From contig OZ224045.1 of NCBI GenBank assembly GCA_963665325.3, positions 416,001-480,000 of the forward strand: 64,000 nt of DNA, in the 5' to 3' direction. Each line of letters opens with the position of its first letter. The stretch's first letter is position 1. Of this stretch, positions 49,338-59,913 are shown one piece after another. The notes beneath the pieces were generated by a model. That model was not told the DNA's origin. It did no database searches and worked only from the letters and a program-made list of their open reading frames with translations. This DNA comes from Alphaproteobacteria bacterium. Lineage in GTDB: Bacteria; Pseudomonadota; Alphaproteobacteria; Bin95. The position numbers and the translations under genes were made by a program.

Positions 49338-49816
49338 GGGATCGTCACCGTCTCGGACGCACCGGAGAGCACGATGGTCCCGGCGGAGATCCGCACGGCG
49401 CTGCCGGCGGGCAGCGCGATCCTGTAGACATGGTTCTCCCGGTCGTACTCGAACAGCGCGCCGTCGGCGTGCCTGGTCACTCGCTTGTCCGGGTCGCTCG
49501 CGGGCGCGGCGTGCGCGTCGCTGTAGAGCGCCGGCAGCGCGAGCGCCTGGTTGAGCTCGCCGGACGGCGCCAGCAGCACGACCTGCTCGCCGATGTCGGG
49601 CGCCCACCAGTTCCGGTCGTCGCCGGCGCGGGCGACCACCCACGGAATCGGGGCGGTGAGGACGGGCGCCCCCGCCTCGTCGACGTCGTAGCAAACGCGT
49701 ATCCGGTAGCCCTCGGCGTCGAGCTCGGCGACGGTGCCGCTCCGGACCACGTTGGCCAGCCGCCGCGCCAGCTCCACCAGGTCGAAGCCCTCCTCGGTGC
49801 GGCGGCGGTCATACAT
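49334..49816 (-). CDS. baseplate assembly protein V (spike)
   Basis: N.VR.GTV, PW...RAG....W.P..GEQV.LL.PSG, DGA..EYD. Confidence 0.9.
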   Translation of the reverse strand: MYDRRRTEEGFDLVELARRLANVVRSGTVAELDAEGYRIRVCYDVDEAGAPVLTAPIPWVVARAGDDRNWWAPDIGEQVVLLAPSGELNQALALPALYSDAHAAPASDPDKRVTRHADGALFEYDRENHVYRIALPAGSAVRISAGTIVLSGASETVTIP

Positions 49817-50472
49817 CAGCCGGCCCTCCGCAGCGGCAACGGCCCCTCGTCGTTGACATCGACGCAGAGCACGTCGGGCGTCTCCGCCGGGCACGGCTCG
49901 GGCTCGACGCCCCGCACCAGGCGGCCGGTCCGGTATTCGTCCTGCCACCAGGCCCGTCCGGAGCCGTCGTCGATCGCGACCATGCGCCCGCGTGCGAGCA
50001 CCAGCGGCCGCCACCGCGCGGCATCGGTGGCGCGCTCGTCCGGACCCGGCCCCAGCAGCCGTATCGTCGTGGCGTCGGCGCGCACCAGCGTGCGGCCGAC
50101 ATTCTCGCCCTCGGGCGACCAGCCGAGCAGCGCGCCGCGCACATCGCCGATCAGCTGCTGCAGCAAATCAAGGGTCTCGCCGCTGCGGTCACCCTTGCGC
50201 CCGCCCGGATCGTTCACCGCGTCGACGCCGCAGGCCACCGCGACGGTCGTGGCGTGGCGCTGCACCACCCGCTCGTCATCGTCCGTATCGAGCGGCGCCT
50301 CGAACTCGTCGGCCAGCACCAGCACGCCGACGGCCGGCCCGCGCGGCATGGTCCGCCGCGCGCCGGACAGATCCAGTATGCTGTAAACGCAGCGCAGGCC
50401 GAGCGGCGGCGCGGCAAGGCGCGCCCGGACAAGATTGGCCAGGCCCAGCGAGGATCGCGGCGCGGTCGTCAC
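49816..50472 (-). CDS. Mu gp37-like tail terminator/neck protein
   Basis: VR.ALLGW.P, WW.D.Y motifs; position between gp36 and gpV. Confidence 0.65.
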   Translation of the reverse strand: MTTAPRSSLGLANLVRARLAAPPLGLRCVYSILDLSGARRTMPRGPAVGVLVLADEFEAPLDTDDDERVVQRHATTVAVACGVDAVNDPGGRKGDRSGETLDLLQQLIGDVRGALLGWSPEGENVGRTLVRADATTIRLLGPGPDERATDAARWRPLVLARGRMVAIDDGSGRAWWQDEYRTGRLVRGVEPEPCPAETPDVLCVDVNDEGPLPLRRAG

Positions 50473-50473
50473 G

Positions 50474-50914
50474 TCAGAATCCCTCCAGCTCTCTGTCGCC
50501 GAATAGGCGCGTCGGGCTGACAACGCTGCCGAGCGCGCGCCTTTGCACGACGTCGCCGGCGGAACTCACCAGAACGCGATTTCCTCCGGCTATGGCGTCC
50601 AGCCTTTCGAGCGCCATCTTCGTGCGCTTGGCGACCGCATCCGACTCGTCATCGTCCCAAAGGCGGGCACGCGCCAGGTCGACGACTATTGCGGTCAGCG
50701 CCGGGAAGGTTCCGGACAGCGGCAGGTCAAAGGTGAATGCGAGGCAGCTGTCGATCATCGCCGAGACGTCCTCCAGCGCCGTCGCGACGCCCGGATAGTC
50801 CTCGGCAACCGGGGGTTCGGCGTCCGGCATCGGCTCGACATACGAATGGTCGAGCCTCTGCATCTCGCTGGCGCCGAAGCGGTCGACCATGTCCTGCCAG
50901 ACCGCATAGGCCAT
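50474..50914 (-). CDS. Mu gp36-like (DUF1320) head-tail adaptor
   Basis: MAYA...DM..RFG..E, ID..L...LPL, D.AR..L, A...L..IA.G. Confidence 0.85.
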   Translation of the reverse strand: MAYAVWQDMVDRFGASEMQRLDHSYVEPMPDAEPPVAEDYPGVATALEDVSAMIDSCLAFTFDLPLSGTFPALTAIVVDLARARLWDDDESDAVAKRTKMALERLDAIAGGNRVLVSSAGDVVQRRALGSVVSPTRLFGDRELEGF

Positions 50915-50998
50915 CTACAGCGCCCCCCGGTTCGCCCAGCCGCACAGGCCGCCGGCCACCGCCAGCGTGAGCAGGATTATGACGGCCCACTGCAGCAT
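50915..50998 (-). CDS. 27-aa hydrophobic peptide
   Basis: [27 protein letters not shown] exactly fills the gap between overlapping neighbours. Confidence 0.4.
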   Translation of the reverse strand: MLQWAVIILLTLAVAGGLCGWANRGAL

Positions 50999-52026
50999 CA
51001 GATGATAGTCACCACGACCGGATCGACAGGGCCGCCGTCGGCCGGGACCCAGTGAGTGCCGGCAACCGGCTGCCACTCGACGGTCAGCTGCCGGTTCAAA
51101 GGCGCCCGTTTCTCCCATTCGACCACGACATTGCCATCCTCGATCGAGACGCTCAGTCCGGCGAACCGGCCCCGGTCGAGGGCCTTGTGCCCGCCGGCGA
51201 TCTGCACCTTGCCCTTGCCGGCCCACGTCTCGGGCCGCAGGAACTCGACCTGCCCGTCTTCGACCGCGCCCTTGAGCACGAGCTCGCCCTTCTCGGGGTC
51301 ATCCGCCGTCGTCTGCCGCACTGGCGCTGCGCCAGCATCCGGCTCCCCGTAGGGCCATTGGAACCTGCTGCCGCCGCCGGAGCCGTGGTCGTCCCGCCAG
51401 CGCACCCAGAAGACCAGGCCGGGAGCCGGCTCGATGCCGTGATCGCGGAGGTCGAGCGTTCCCTTGCCGCCATCGACGGAAATGAACTTGACGATCCCCT
51501 GCCGGTATGTGTCCAGCCAGCCGTCAACGCTCCGGTCGAACCAGTTGCAGACGACAATCGTAAAGCGCGTGTAGAGGCAGTCGAGGAACGGGTGGTGCGT
51601 CTCCCAGGAGACGATCGGGCCGTCGGCAGAGATCGTCCCTTCCGTGCGTATCCACGCGATCATGGGGTTGTATTTCGACCGGGGCCTCCGCTGCCCCAGC
51701 CCGTCGCAAAGGTCCATGACCCTGCCCCGCAGAGGCTCCGGCAGTCCCCTGATCTGCGAACGGACATGCGCCCAGCCCGACGGCCGGGTCATGCTGTTGT
51801 AGGCCCCGCGCAGGCAGATACCGCCCTTGCCTGCCTTCTGGAAGATGGAGGTGATCCCGCCGTCGTAGCCGCCGCCAGAGCCTTCGCCGCTCATGCGCAT
51901 GTCCGCGACCTGGTAGTGGAACGCCTCCCAGCAGGTCTCTTCGAGCTGGATTTGCCAGGGATCGGCCAGCCCGTCGATATAGGCGCGCCAGTCGGCGACG
52001 GGCTGCATGTGCATCAGGTCGATCAT
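50998..52026 (-). CDS. hypothetical protein
   Basis: 342 aa, host-like codon usage, ATGA overlap with rubredoxin-fusion gene. Confidence 0.7.
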   Translation of the reverse strand: MIDLMHMQPVADWRAYIDGLADPWQIQLEETCWEAFHYQVADMRMSGEGSGGGYDGGITSIFQKAGKGGICLRGAYNSMTRPSGWAHVRSQIRGLPEPLRGRVMDLCDGLGQRRPRSKYNPMIAWIRTEGTISADGPIVSWETHHPFLDCLYTRFTIVVCNWFDRSVDGWLDTYRQGIVKFISVDGGKGTLDLRDHGIEPAPGLVFWVRWRDDHGSGGGSRFQWPYGEPDAGAAPVRQTTADDPEKGELVLKGAVEDGQVEFLRPETWAGKGKVQIAGGHKALDRGRFAGLSVSIEDGNVVVEWEKRAPLNRQLTVEWQPVAGTHWVPADGGPVDPVVVTII

Positions 52027-52652
52027 TCCACTTCCTCCATCGCGAAGGACGACTTGGCCGCGCCGCAATCGGGGCACTTCCAGTCGTCCGGCACGTCCTT
52101 CCAGCGGGTGAACGGCGGGATGCCCTCGTCCGGCCAGCCCCTGGTCTCGTCGTATACGAGGCCGCAGGCCGCGCACTTCCAGCGCTTGAAGACGATCTCG
52201 CCGCCCGTCAGTTCAGGCGTCCGGTGCACGAAGTTGGCCAGCCCGGCGATGTTGCCGTTCTGGTCGACCTGGAATGCGACCTCCATCGGGAGATCGGAAT
52301 CGCTCCCGAGGTAGAACCAGCGGCGGTTCTTCGCCTCGACCGGGACCAGCAGCGGGATCGTCGTGCCGGGCTCCGGTCCGATCTGCATGTCGAGGACGTG
52401 GCGGGCCACGTCGTCCCTGTCGAGTACGACCAGGACCGGCTGTTGCTCGTGCAGCGCCCGGATCAGTGACACGTCGCCCCGCTTGAACTGCGCCAGGAAC
52501 GCCTCGGCCTGGACATGCGACCGGATGGCTCCGGCCGCCGTGTTCGCGGGCTCGCCGAGCGCCTTGCGGCACTTATCGGCAGTGTCCGTGCCGACGTGGG
52601 CGACGCCTTGCAGCTTGGGCAGGTCTTGATCGGTGAGGTTGAGGATGCGCAT
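52023..52652 (-). CDS. hypothetical protein with C-terminal rubredoxin domain
   Basis: [48 protein letters not shown], a complete rubredoxin signature; AGGAG RBS. Confidence 0.88.
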   Translation of the reverse strand: MRILNLTDQDLPKLQGVAHVGTDTADKCRKALGEPANTAAGAIRSHVQAEAFLAQFKRGDVSLIRALHEQQPVLVVLDRDDVARHVLDMQIGPEPGTTIPLLVPVEAKNRRWFYLGSDSDLPMEVAFQVDQNGNIAGLANFVHRTPELTGGEIVFKRWKCAACGLVYDETRGWPDEGIPPFTRWKDVPDDWKCPDCGAAKSSFAMEEVE

Positions 52653-52683
52653 TCCGTCTCCTATCGAGCGCTGTAAACCGTCA

Positions 52684-55272
52684 TTATGGATTGACCACTC
52701 GTTGCACCAGTGCGCCGAACGCATTGCGCCGGCGCGAGAAAGCCATCGCATACGACTGAATGCCGGGGTGGAAGAAGTTGTCGGTTGCAGGAACGTTTAC
52801 TGCCGGGCTGCTGTTCAGCCGATCGAACCGAGCATCTGTCGCGTTCCAACGATACAAGTGACCGTCGGTGCCAAGGCCGAGCAGGACATTCCAGACGCCG
52901 GACCAGGCGAGCCTGTAAATCGGCGCGCCTGCGTTGGCTGTCAATTCGCTGACGCTGTCGTCTGCAAGATCGATTTCAAACAACTGGCCGCCCTGCGCGA
53001 CGGCCCAAAGTCGCTCCGAAGAGGCGGCAAGACCAGAAATCCAATCCGTGTCGGTGTAGGAGCGGTCCAGCACCAGCCGCCCGATCGCTCCGGTTTCCAG
53101 ATTGAGTTCGTGGATGGTGTTATTGCTTGCTATGGACGACAGGTAAGCCGCCGAGCCGTCGTTGGCGATGGTGAAACTTTCCGGCGTAAGGTTGCCCCAT
53201 CCCGCGCCGACGCGCTCCGCCACTCCTGTGTCGCTGTCGAACCTGAACAGGCCGCTCAGCGCCCCCGGAGTGGTTCTTGCGGCAGCGACAATATAAGCCT
53301 GCCCCGTGATCGGGTGCCAGGCCAGCCCGGTGATGTAGACGTTCGCCTGGAGCACAAAGGAGTCGTTGCGATACGGCAACCGCCGCAGTTCGTTATTGCC
53401 GTTGAAATCCCGGTAACGGAACCCCTTTATTCGACGGTTCCAGAACCCGAACTCGGCCCCTGCCAGGTGCAGCGCCTCGCTCAACTCCGTCTCGGCCAGG
53501 TCAAGCGTGTCTTCCCGGTCTTCGCGGGAATCGAAGTCGAACGGAACTGTGGTCTCCGGCTCCTCGGGCAGTTGCGTGCCGTCTGTGCCAGGGATGAGGC
53601 TGAGAGTGACCAAAGCGGTCGACGCCGAGACCAGGTGGTTCAGGGTGTGGAAGTCCGCGAAGGCGACTTCGATTTCCTTCGTGACGTCATCCAGTGTGAC
53701 GGTGACGTGCTCTACCGTGCCCCCGGCGAAGTCCGTCCTGACCGCCGCTCCGACCGTTGCGCCGATGGCATTGGTCGGCAGAATGTCATTCTCGTTGCCC
53801 GTCAGCGTCACATGGCCGGCAAAGGGCCGCTCTCCATTGTGGTCCCATGCCTCAATCACCGCCGCGATACTGGCGAGCGGGTCCGCTGCAATCACCGTGA
53901 GCGAGAACGTGTTCGTTGCCGGATCGTAACCGAACGACAGCGGTTCCCGCGCGCTGGTCGTTGCCGCCGAACCGCCGCTGAAAGCGTAGTTGCCGTGGCG
54001 CAACCAGCCGATGGCTTCATTTCCGCTTGAGTTCCACCGTCTCGCGGTGATCAGCTGGTTGCCGTTATGCCGCGCACGGTTAATTGCGGCGACGAGGTTG
54101 TCCACGGTGTAGTTCAGCGACGTGGTCAGGGTCGCGGAAAAGCCGCTCGTGTAGGTCAGCGCTGGAGGTGTATCGCGCTCTACGGTCTGGACGTCTATCC
54201 GAAAGGCATTCCCAGGCTCGCCTGCGGAGTCCACGCCTATTTCGATACCCGCACCCTGACCGCTCGCCTGAATACGCACGCTCGCATTTTGCGCGGCACG
54301 GCTGGTCGCCGGGTTTCCTCGGACTACAGCCAGATCGTAGATGTTCGGGTCGATCCCGTGGCCGGCGAAGGCTGGCGGAAGAGTGAGCCGCAGCCTATTG
54401 GCCGCGTTCCTGCCTGCCAGCGTGACGGTGGAGGGAGTGTAGCTGGGGAGCGATTTTGTCAGCAGCTTCCAGGCGTGATCCGCTTGCCCGGAATGGACAC
54501 GGACGCCGCGATTTACGTTCTCGCGGGAACGGATGTATGCCACTCCTCCGCGTGACAGTTCGGACTGAATCCGTTCGGAGAACCTGCCGTCGAATTCACC
54601 GCGAAAGACCGACTGCCCGATGTGCACGGCGGATGAGGTGAGCTGCAACAGCAGCAGGGTCACATCTCCGAGCGTGTCAGGGTCCCAGTAATAGTCCCAC
54701 ACCTCATCCACGCTGGCGCCCAGATATTGGAAATTCGTCAGCAGGTCGTAGTAGGACTGTCCGGGCGCGCCCTGGATGTCGACGCGCGCCTGCCTGGGGT
54801 CCACACCGGCCCGGACCCGCACGGCGATCCGTCCATCCAGGCCGGAATCCAGGCTGACCGCATACGAGGCGGCTCGGGCCTGTGCCAGGTTCCAGTTGCC
54901 GGTCCGAAGCGCAATCCCACCCTCGGAACCGTCGACGAGCGCATCCGTCCAGCCCGTTGCCGGCGGGGGCGCGTGCAGGTCGGAGGTGCGGTTCTGGAGG
55001 CTGGAAATCTGCTTTTCAACGGCCTCCGCGTCCCCGCTGTAGGGCAGGTCTCTGGCCTCGTAGCCATCGCCATCCGCATTGCCGACGAGCGGCTTGCCCG
55101 CGTTCCGGGTTGTCGGTTGAGGTATTTCCTGGCGCAGCACGTCCGCACGGTCGAGCGTGTTCCGCACGCCCCCGTCGAGCTGGGTCTTCGCAAGTTCCCC
55201 GTCAATCGCGGGCGCGTCGATCAGCTTGCCGTCTGCACGGGTCGATCTGATCTTGTCGGGAAAGTCCGTCAT
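52684..55272 (-). CDS. large hypothetical virion-associated protein, possible C-terminal beta-propeller
   Basis: 862 aa; repeated 'I.GLA/PESF...Y....LF..D..TG' blade-like units; lower GC. Confidence 0.65.
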   Translation of the reverse strand: MTDFPDKIRSTRADGKLIDAPAIDGELAKTQLDGGVRNTLDRADVLRQEIPQPTTRNAGKPLVGNADGDGYEARDLPYSGDAEAVEKQISSLQNRTSDLHAPPPATGWTDALVDGSEGGIALRTGNWNLAQARAASYAVSLDSGLDGRIAVRVRAGVDPRQARVDIQGAPGQSYYDLLTNFQYLGASVDEVWDYYWDPDTLGDVTLLLLQLTSSAVHIGQSVFRGEFDGRFSERIQSELSRGGVAYIRSRENVNRGVRVHSGQADHAWKLLTKSLPSYTPSTVTLAGRNAANRLRLTLPPAFAGHGIDPNIYDLAVVRGNPATSRAAQNASVRIQASGQGAGIEIGVDSAGEPGNAFRIDVQTVERDTPPALTYTSGFSATLTTSLNYTVDNLVAAINRARHNGNQLITARRWNSSGNEAIGWLRHGNYAFSGGSAATTSAREPLSFGYDPATNTFSLTVIAADPLASIAAVIEAWDHNGERPFAGHVTLTGNENDILPTNAIGATVGAAVRTDFAGGTVEHVTVTLDDVTKEIEVAFADFHTLNHLVSASTALVTLSLIPGTDGTQLPEEPETTVPFDFDSREDREDTLDLAETELSEALHLAGAEFGFWNRRIKGFRYRDFNGNNELRRLPYRNDSFVLQANVYITGLAWHPITGQAYIVAAARTTPGALSGLFRFDSDTGVAERVGAGWGNLTPESFTIANDGSAAYLSSIASNNTIHELNLETGAIGRLVLDRSYTDTDWISGLAASSERLWAVAQGGQLFEIDLADDSVSELTANAGAPIYRLAWSGVWNVLLGLGTDGHLYRWNATDARFDRLNSSPAVNVPATDNFFHPGIQSYAMAFSRRRNAFGALVQRVVNP

Positions 55273-57521
55273 GACGCGGCCCCGTAGGTGATCGTGTAGA
55301 CGTAGGAGCCGGTGCCGACGATGGCGGCGTTCTGCGCGGCGTTGGAGCGGTAGACGTAGTGCGAGACGCCGTTGAAGTTCCGGTCGTTGAGCCTGGTGAA
55401 GGCGTCCAGCACGTTCGTCGGGTTGCCCGGCACGGTCAGGCCGGTCGGCAGGCCCTGATTCTTGGGCACAGCCCACCAAACCCAGCCGTTATCCGACTCC
55501 GCCGGCACGGTGAGCGTGTCGTCGGTCTGGGGCTGTGCCGCGTTGAACTCCGCATTTGTCGGCTGTGCGGCGGCCGACCAGCCGATGTAGCGATTGTGCG
55601 TGGCCGGAGCGCGCGCCGGCGAGCCGACGCCGTGGTCGATCTGGTAGCTCCTCGTTTGGACGTTGTCCCAGGACAGGCTCTGGAGGGTCCAGGGATCGAA
55701 GTTGCCGCGATTGTCGCGGCCCCTGATCTTGATCTTGTAGGTGATGGCGACCGGGCCGAGCAGGTCGGCCTCCGTAATCTCCACGTCGTCGGAGCCGTCG
55801 GCGTTCCCGCCGGGCGGGCGGTAGGTGCCGACGGAAATGCCGGAGACCGAGCTGAAGCCGCCGAGGGAGAACGTCGTGTCGACGTTTTTCGTCCACGGGG
55901 TCGGGACCATCCGCGTATGCACGATCTCCTTCCCGTTGAAGGTATGCGTCGTCTCCAGCTCAACCAGCATGATGTGGATCGCGTTCGTCCCCGAGCCCGA
56001 CCAGTTTCCGTTGATGATGAAATTCCCGAACCACTCGGTCGCGAAATCCACCCCGCTCCAGACGCGCCCGGCGATGCTCGTCGAGTCCATCAGCGTGAAC
56101 TCGATGCCCGCAGCGGTCACCGCCTGGTCGGCCGAGATCGTGGCCGGCGTCGTCAAGGCCGGGCGCGCGTAGAAGAGATAGCCGCCGGTCGGCAGATTGA
56201 AGTTCCGGGGGCCGATCTTGAGGCGGTTGAGCAGCCCGCCGTCGGCGCCGTCCGGGTTCGCCTCGACCGGCGTGCCGCCGGCGACCGGCCGGTAAGCCTC
56301 GACCCACCCGTCGGACCCGGCGTGGTCGGGCCCGGCGATCAGCAGCTCGCCCGACGCCGTCTTCTGGACGCTTACCTTGCCGGCCGTGGTCGCGAAGTCG
56401 CGCGCCCAGCGCGTGCCGCTTACCGCGTCGCCGACGCTCGCTTCCGTCAGCCCGTTGTACTCCGCTCCGCGCATCGCGAAGTAGTGCGGAGCGTCGTCAT
56501 CGCCCGGGATCGCGATGCGCAGATAGATCACGTCGTCGGCCTGCATCGCCGGCGGGGTGATACCGGTGGCTTTCAGCGTCGCCGCGAACGTGACGTCGCC
56601 GCGTGCCCCGATCTGGCGGAGCTGGAACGAACCGCCGATCCCGGCGACCGGGATGTCGACCGGGTCGGTTCCGCTCCGCCGCGTGAAGGTGAGCTCGCCG
56701 CCTTCCGCCGAAACGCCGACCACCGCGTCGCCGTCCCGGTTGGCGAGGATGGTCTGGATGACGCGCTCCAGCGTCCAGACGCGCCGCTGCCGCGCCGTGG
56801 GGGCGTCGATAGCCGCCTCGGCCTCGGGCTGGGTTACGGTCGGCAGGAACCGCGCCGCGATCGCCGCGAACGCCTCCACATCGTCGACCAGCCAGACCTT
56901 CACCTCGCGAGAGGTGTTGTCGGGCTGCCTGATGAGCAGATGGCGGCTCGCGTTCGAGTAGATCGTCACGCCGTCGAGCGTGTGCCCGTCCGCCTCCCGC
57001 AGCGCCGATATATCGTCGCCGGAGAAGAACTCCAGGCCCGCCGCCACAGTAATGAGATAGACGACGTTGCCGTCGTTGAGCAGCGTGAAATCGCCGATCC
57101 GCTGCTCGGTCGATACCGCAGACGACACGCCGTCGTGCAGCAGCTCCATCAGGCTATCGCGGATATCGGACGCCGCCGCCGCGCCGATGGCGGCGCGAAC
57201 CGCTGCCTCCTGCCGCCCGGTAAGCGTGCCGGGCGGGTTCACGAACGCCTCTTCGCCCCTTTCCGCTGCCGTGCCGGGGATGTTGCCGAGCTTCGTCTTT
57301 TCAGCCGCCGTGAATGGCCTGGTGAACAGGCCGACCAGGGCCAGGATGCGCGCCGCCGCCCAGCCCAGAACTGTCGTGCCGCCGACGTCGCCCGCCTGGC
57401 CCGCCGTCGCCGCGCGCACGCCGCCGAGCCTCGTCTGTGTGGCTTGCGGGAGCGTATAGTCGGAGGTGCCGCCGGGCGCCGTTCCGGTGCCGGCTCCGCC
57501 GCCACGACGCCTGGCCGGCAT
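55269..57521 (-). CDS. large hypothetical fibre/decoration-like protein
   Basis: 750 aa; N-terminal YTLPQAT.TRLGGV motif typical of phage fibres; beta-rich C-terminus. Confidence 0.65.
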   Translation of the reverse strand: MPARRRGGGAGTGTAPGGTSDYTLPQATQTRLGGVRAATAGQAGDVGGTTVLGWAAARILALVGLFTRPFTAAEKTKLGNIPGTAAERGEEAFVNPPGTLTGRQEAAVRAAIGAAAASDIRDSLMELLHDGVSSAVSTEQRIGDFTLLNDGNVVYLITVAAGLEFFSGDDISALREADGHTLDGVTIYSNASRHLLIRQPDNTSREVKVWLVDDVEAFAAIAARFLPTVTQPEAEAAIDAPTARQRRVWTLERVIQTILANRDGDAVVGVSAEGGELTFTRRSGTDPVDIPVAGIGGSFQLRQIGARGDVTFAATLKATGITPPAMQADDVIYLRIAIPGDDDAPHYFAMRGAEYNGLTEASVGDAVSGTRWARDFATTAGKVSVQKTASGELLIAGPDHAGSDGWVEAYRPVAGGTPVEANPDGADGGLLNRLKIGPRNFNLPTGGYLFYARPALTTPATISADQAVTAAGIEFTLMDSTSIAGRVWSGVDFATEWFGNFIINGNWSGSGTNAIHIMLVELETTHTFNGKEIVHTRMVPTPWTKNVDTTFSLGGFSSVSGISVGTYRPPGGNADGSDDVEITEADLLGPVAITYKIKIRGRDNRGNFDPWTLQSLSWDNVQTRSYQIDHGVGSPARAPATHNRYIGWSAAAQPTNAEFNAAQPQTDDTLTVPAESDNGWVWWAVPKNQGLPTGLTVPGNPTNVLDAFTRLNDRNFNGVSHYVYRSNAAQNAAIVGTGSYVYTITYGAAS

Positions 57522-57522
57522 G

Positions 57523-57837
57523 TCAGGCCCCGATCTTGGCGGCGACGAGGCGCGAGGCGCCGCCGTCGGTCTTCAGCCACCAGGTCCAGCCTGAGCGCGC
57601 CTCGAACTCCAGCGGCTCCTGGACACGGGGGTTCTCGTCGCGGTTGTAGTGGACCAGAGCGTCCTCGTCCGAAGTCGGCGGCCCGGCGCCTTCGACGTCG
57701 AGGGCGCGGACGATGGTCGAGACCGGCCCGTGGAACTCCACGACGTAGCTCTCGCCGTCGGCCATCGAGAGGCCAGCCTTGGCCTCCTGCCACTCGCCGG
57801 TGAGGTTCATGCCCGGCATCGTCAGAAACGCCCGCAC
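57523..57837 (-). CDS. hypothetical phage protein
   Basis: ORF with high-GC codon bias, stop adjacent to next start; start uncertain. Confidence 0.6.
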   Translation of the reverse strand: MRAFLTMPGMNLTGEWQEAKAGLSMADGESYVVEFHGPVSTIVRALDVEGAGPPTSDEDALVHYNRDENPRVQEPLEFEARSGWTWWLKTDGGASRLVAAKIGA

Positions 57838-57951
57838 AGCGCCGTCAGGGGTCCCGCCGGCGTTCCGGGTCGCGGAAGGCTTGTGACCTGTTTAAATTCG
57901 CAGGAAACCCCGTTTAAACTCGAAATCACGGGCAGAGCCTCCTCCGGGATA

Positions 57952-58293
57952 TCAGGCGCGGTCGGGAAACGTCGCCGCGACGCCGTTCACGGCGAACATC
58001 TTGCCGCTCTCGATCTGCGTCAGCGCGGTCGCGAAGTTGCGCATCGCGTCCTGATGACGCTCGACCTGCCCGGCGTCCGGGTTCTCCATCTGGCCGTAGC
58101 GAAACTACTCGATACCGCGCGCGTTGATCACGGCCTGCATGGCGCTGGCCGCGAACGCCTTCACGCAAGCGATCGCGGGATCGCCCGCCGGGTTGAAGTC
58201 GAGCCCGGCGCGACGGCCGGCCTCGCCGTCATGCGCGGCGGAGACCGAGTGGTGGTTGCCGTCGCCGGCGTTGAACGATGCTGAGAAACTCAA
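57952..58293 (-). pseudogene. Acb2/Tad1-like protein with internal amber codon
   Basis: GLDFNPAGDPAIACVK...*...MRNFATALTQIESGKMFAVNG; TAG at 58105-58107; TTG start overlapping upstream stop. Confidence 0.6.
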
Positions 58294-58964
58294 GAGCCTT
58301 CTCCCTGTTGTGCCGCACAGGCGGCGTTGCGCTGGTCGGCGGATACGTCGAAGCCGACAGCGGCCTCGATCGCCGCGACCGTCGGAATCCCGGCGGCCGT
58401 CCAGGACGCCGGGTCCTTGCCGATCTTCAGCACCGCGACGGCGCCGGCGATCGCGTCCTCGGCCTTCGCCTCGAAACCGAGCGCCCGGTAGAACGCTCCG
58501 GCCTCTTCCGGCGTTGCCCGCTTGACCGCTTCGATCGCCGTGTCGAGCGCGGCCTTGACCGTCGACGGCGTGGCGAGCGCCGGGCCGATGATCGAGTGCG
58601 AGCGCAGCCGCCCGATAAACGCGGTCCGCTCCTCCGGAGTGCCGCGCGCCCAGGCGTTCCACGCCGCGTCCAGCTGTTCCTGGCACGTCGGCGTCGAAGG
58701 CGGCGCCAGGGCCGCGTCGAGCTCCTCGGGCGTCAGCTCGCGCAGACGCGCGATCTGCGCGCTCGTGAGCGTCGGCGGATCGAGCTCGTCGACGGCCTCG
58801 TCGCCCTGGACGATGACGACGAGCTGCGGGTCGGCGCGGAGCCGCTCCAGCTGCGCCTCCGGCCAGTGGCCGGGCGGCCAGTCCACCGGCGTCGGCGTGT
58901 GCTCGACGCCGCACCGCCAGCGGGAGTCCTGGAGCGCGGAGATCGTGACGGCGGGAGTGGTCAT
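58290..58964 (-). CDS. HI1506-related Mu-like prophage protein
   Basis: RWRCG..H...P.......W...QLE.L.ADP.L.V; immediately after gpT. Confidence 0.75.
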   Translation of the reverse strand: MTTPAVTISALQDSRWRCGVEHTPTPVDWPPGHWPEAQLERLRADPQLVVIVQGDEAVDELDPPTLTSAQIARLRELTPEELDAALAPPSTPTCQEQLDAAWNAWARGTPEERTAFIGRLRSHSIIGPALATPSTVKAALDTAIEAVKRATPEEAGAFYRALGFEAKAEDAIAGAVAVLKIGKDPASWTAAGIPTVAAIEAAVGFDVSADQRNAACAAQQGEGS

Positions 58965-58975
58965 GACGGTCCTCG

Positions 58976-59899
58976 TTACGCAAGCCACCGCGAGACCCGG
59001 AGTTCGGCCGTCCCGCGATAGACGTTGGTCGCGCCGGCGGCGTTGCGCTCGGCATTCAGGATTTCGAGCCCGTCCCGCTCCAGCGACGGCGGCACGACAA
59101 GGTGCGTCGGCTTGAGGCCGAGCGGGCGCCCGTAGTCGCCCTTCATCTCCAGCAGGGCCACGCGCGCCTTCTCATAGTTGTCCGCGTTGAGCGGCGCGTT
59201 GGAGCCGTATGCGCCCTGCCACAGCCCGAACCCGACATTGTCGCGGCAGTCGACGCCGTAGATGAACTCCTTGCGCATGAAGACGTTGTCGTCCTCTTCG
59301 CGGTCGAGGCGGATGAGATTGGAGGGCCGCTTGCGGATCTGCAGCACGACCGGCTTCATCATCTGGCCGAGGTCGAGCAGGAACCACGGCACGCCGCCCG
59401 TTGCGCCGGAGCGGGCGGCGTCATAGTCGGCGTTGGAGATCGTGGTCCCGCCGCCGGCCTTGTCGAGCACCGGGTGGTCGGTGTCGAAGAAGAACTGCCC
59501 GTCGTAGCAGGCCGTCGAGAACCCGGCCTTGAGCAGCGGCCAGACCAGCTCGTCATAGTGCTTCATCGCCGCGATGCCCATCGCGCGCATGAACGGCGAA
59601 TAGACGCCGTACTGGTCGTCCTCGATGGTGTTCCTCGGCACCCCGATCGTCTGCTCCCAGTCGCGGTTGCGGATCGTGAAATCGTGCTGGCGCAGATTCT
59701 CGACCACGCGCTCGCCGAGCCACTCCTTCATGCCCGGCAGCTGGCCGAGCCAGGGATAGACCTCCTGCGAGGTCATGGAGTTGGTGATCATGGCGACGAG
59801 CGCATATTCGCTCATCGCTTCCTGATCGATGATCCCCTGGCGGAACGAGGCGTTGTAAGCCTTGAACAGCGTGTCGAGATTGGTGCGGTTGATAATCAT
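58976..59899 (-). CDS. Mu-like major head subunit gpT
   Basis: Y.WLG..P.MKEW.GER, IEDD..G.Y, CYDGQ.FFDTDHP, YGVD.R.N.GFG.WQ, LVVPP.LE. Confidence 0.95.
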   Translation of the reverse strand: MIINRTNLDTLFKAYNASFRQGIIDQEAMSEYALVAMITNSMTSQEVYPWLGQLPGMKEWLGERVVENLRQHDFTIRNRDWEQTIGVPRNTIEDDQYGVYSPFMRAMGIAAMKHYDELVWPLLKAGFSTACYDGQFFFDTDHPVLDKAGGGTTISNADYDAARSGATGGVPWFLLDLGQMMKPVVLQIRKRPSNLIRLDREEDDNVFMRKEFIYGVDCRDNVGFGLWQGAYGSNAPLNADNYEKARVALLEMKGDYGRPLGLKPTHLVVPPSLERDGLEILNAERNAAGATNVYRGTAELRVSRWLA

Positions 59900-59913
59900 C
59901 GCTGCAGCTCTCC

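Noticed and set aside
37485-50472. Tail cluster as tailocin, eCIS or T6SS
   Set aside because: Contiguous with capsid, protease and gpG genes and a Mu-type end, so it is a prophage
58105-58107. Genome-wide amber recoding in the prophage
   Set aside because: Only one in-frame TAG found, and TAG serves as a normal stop in several phage genes (e.g. tube, tail fibre)
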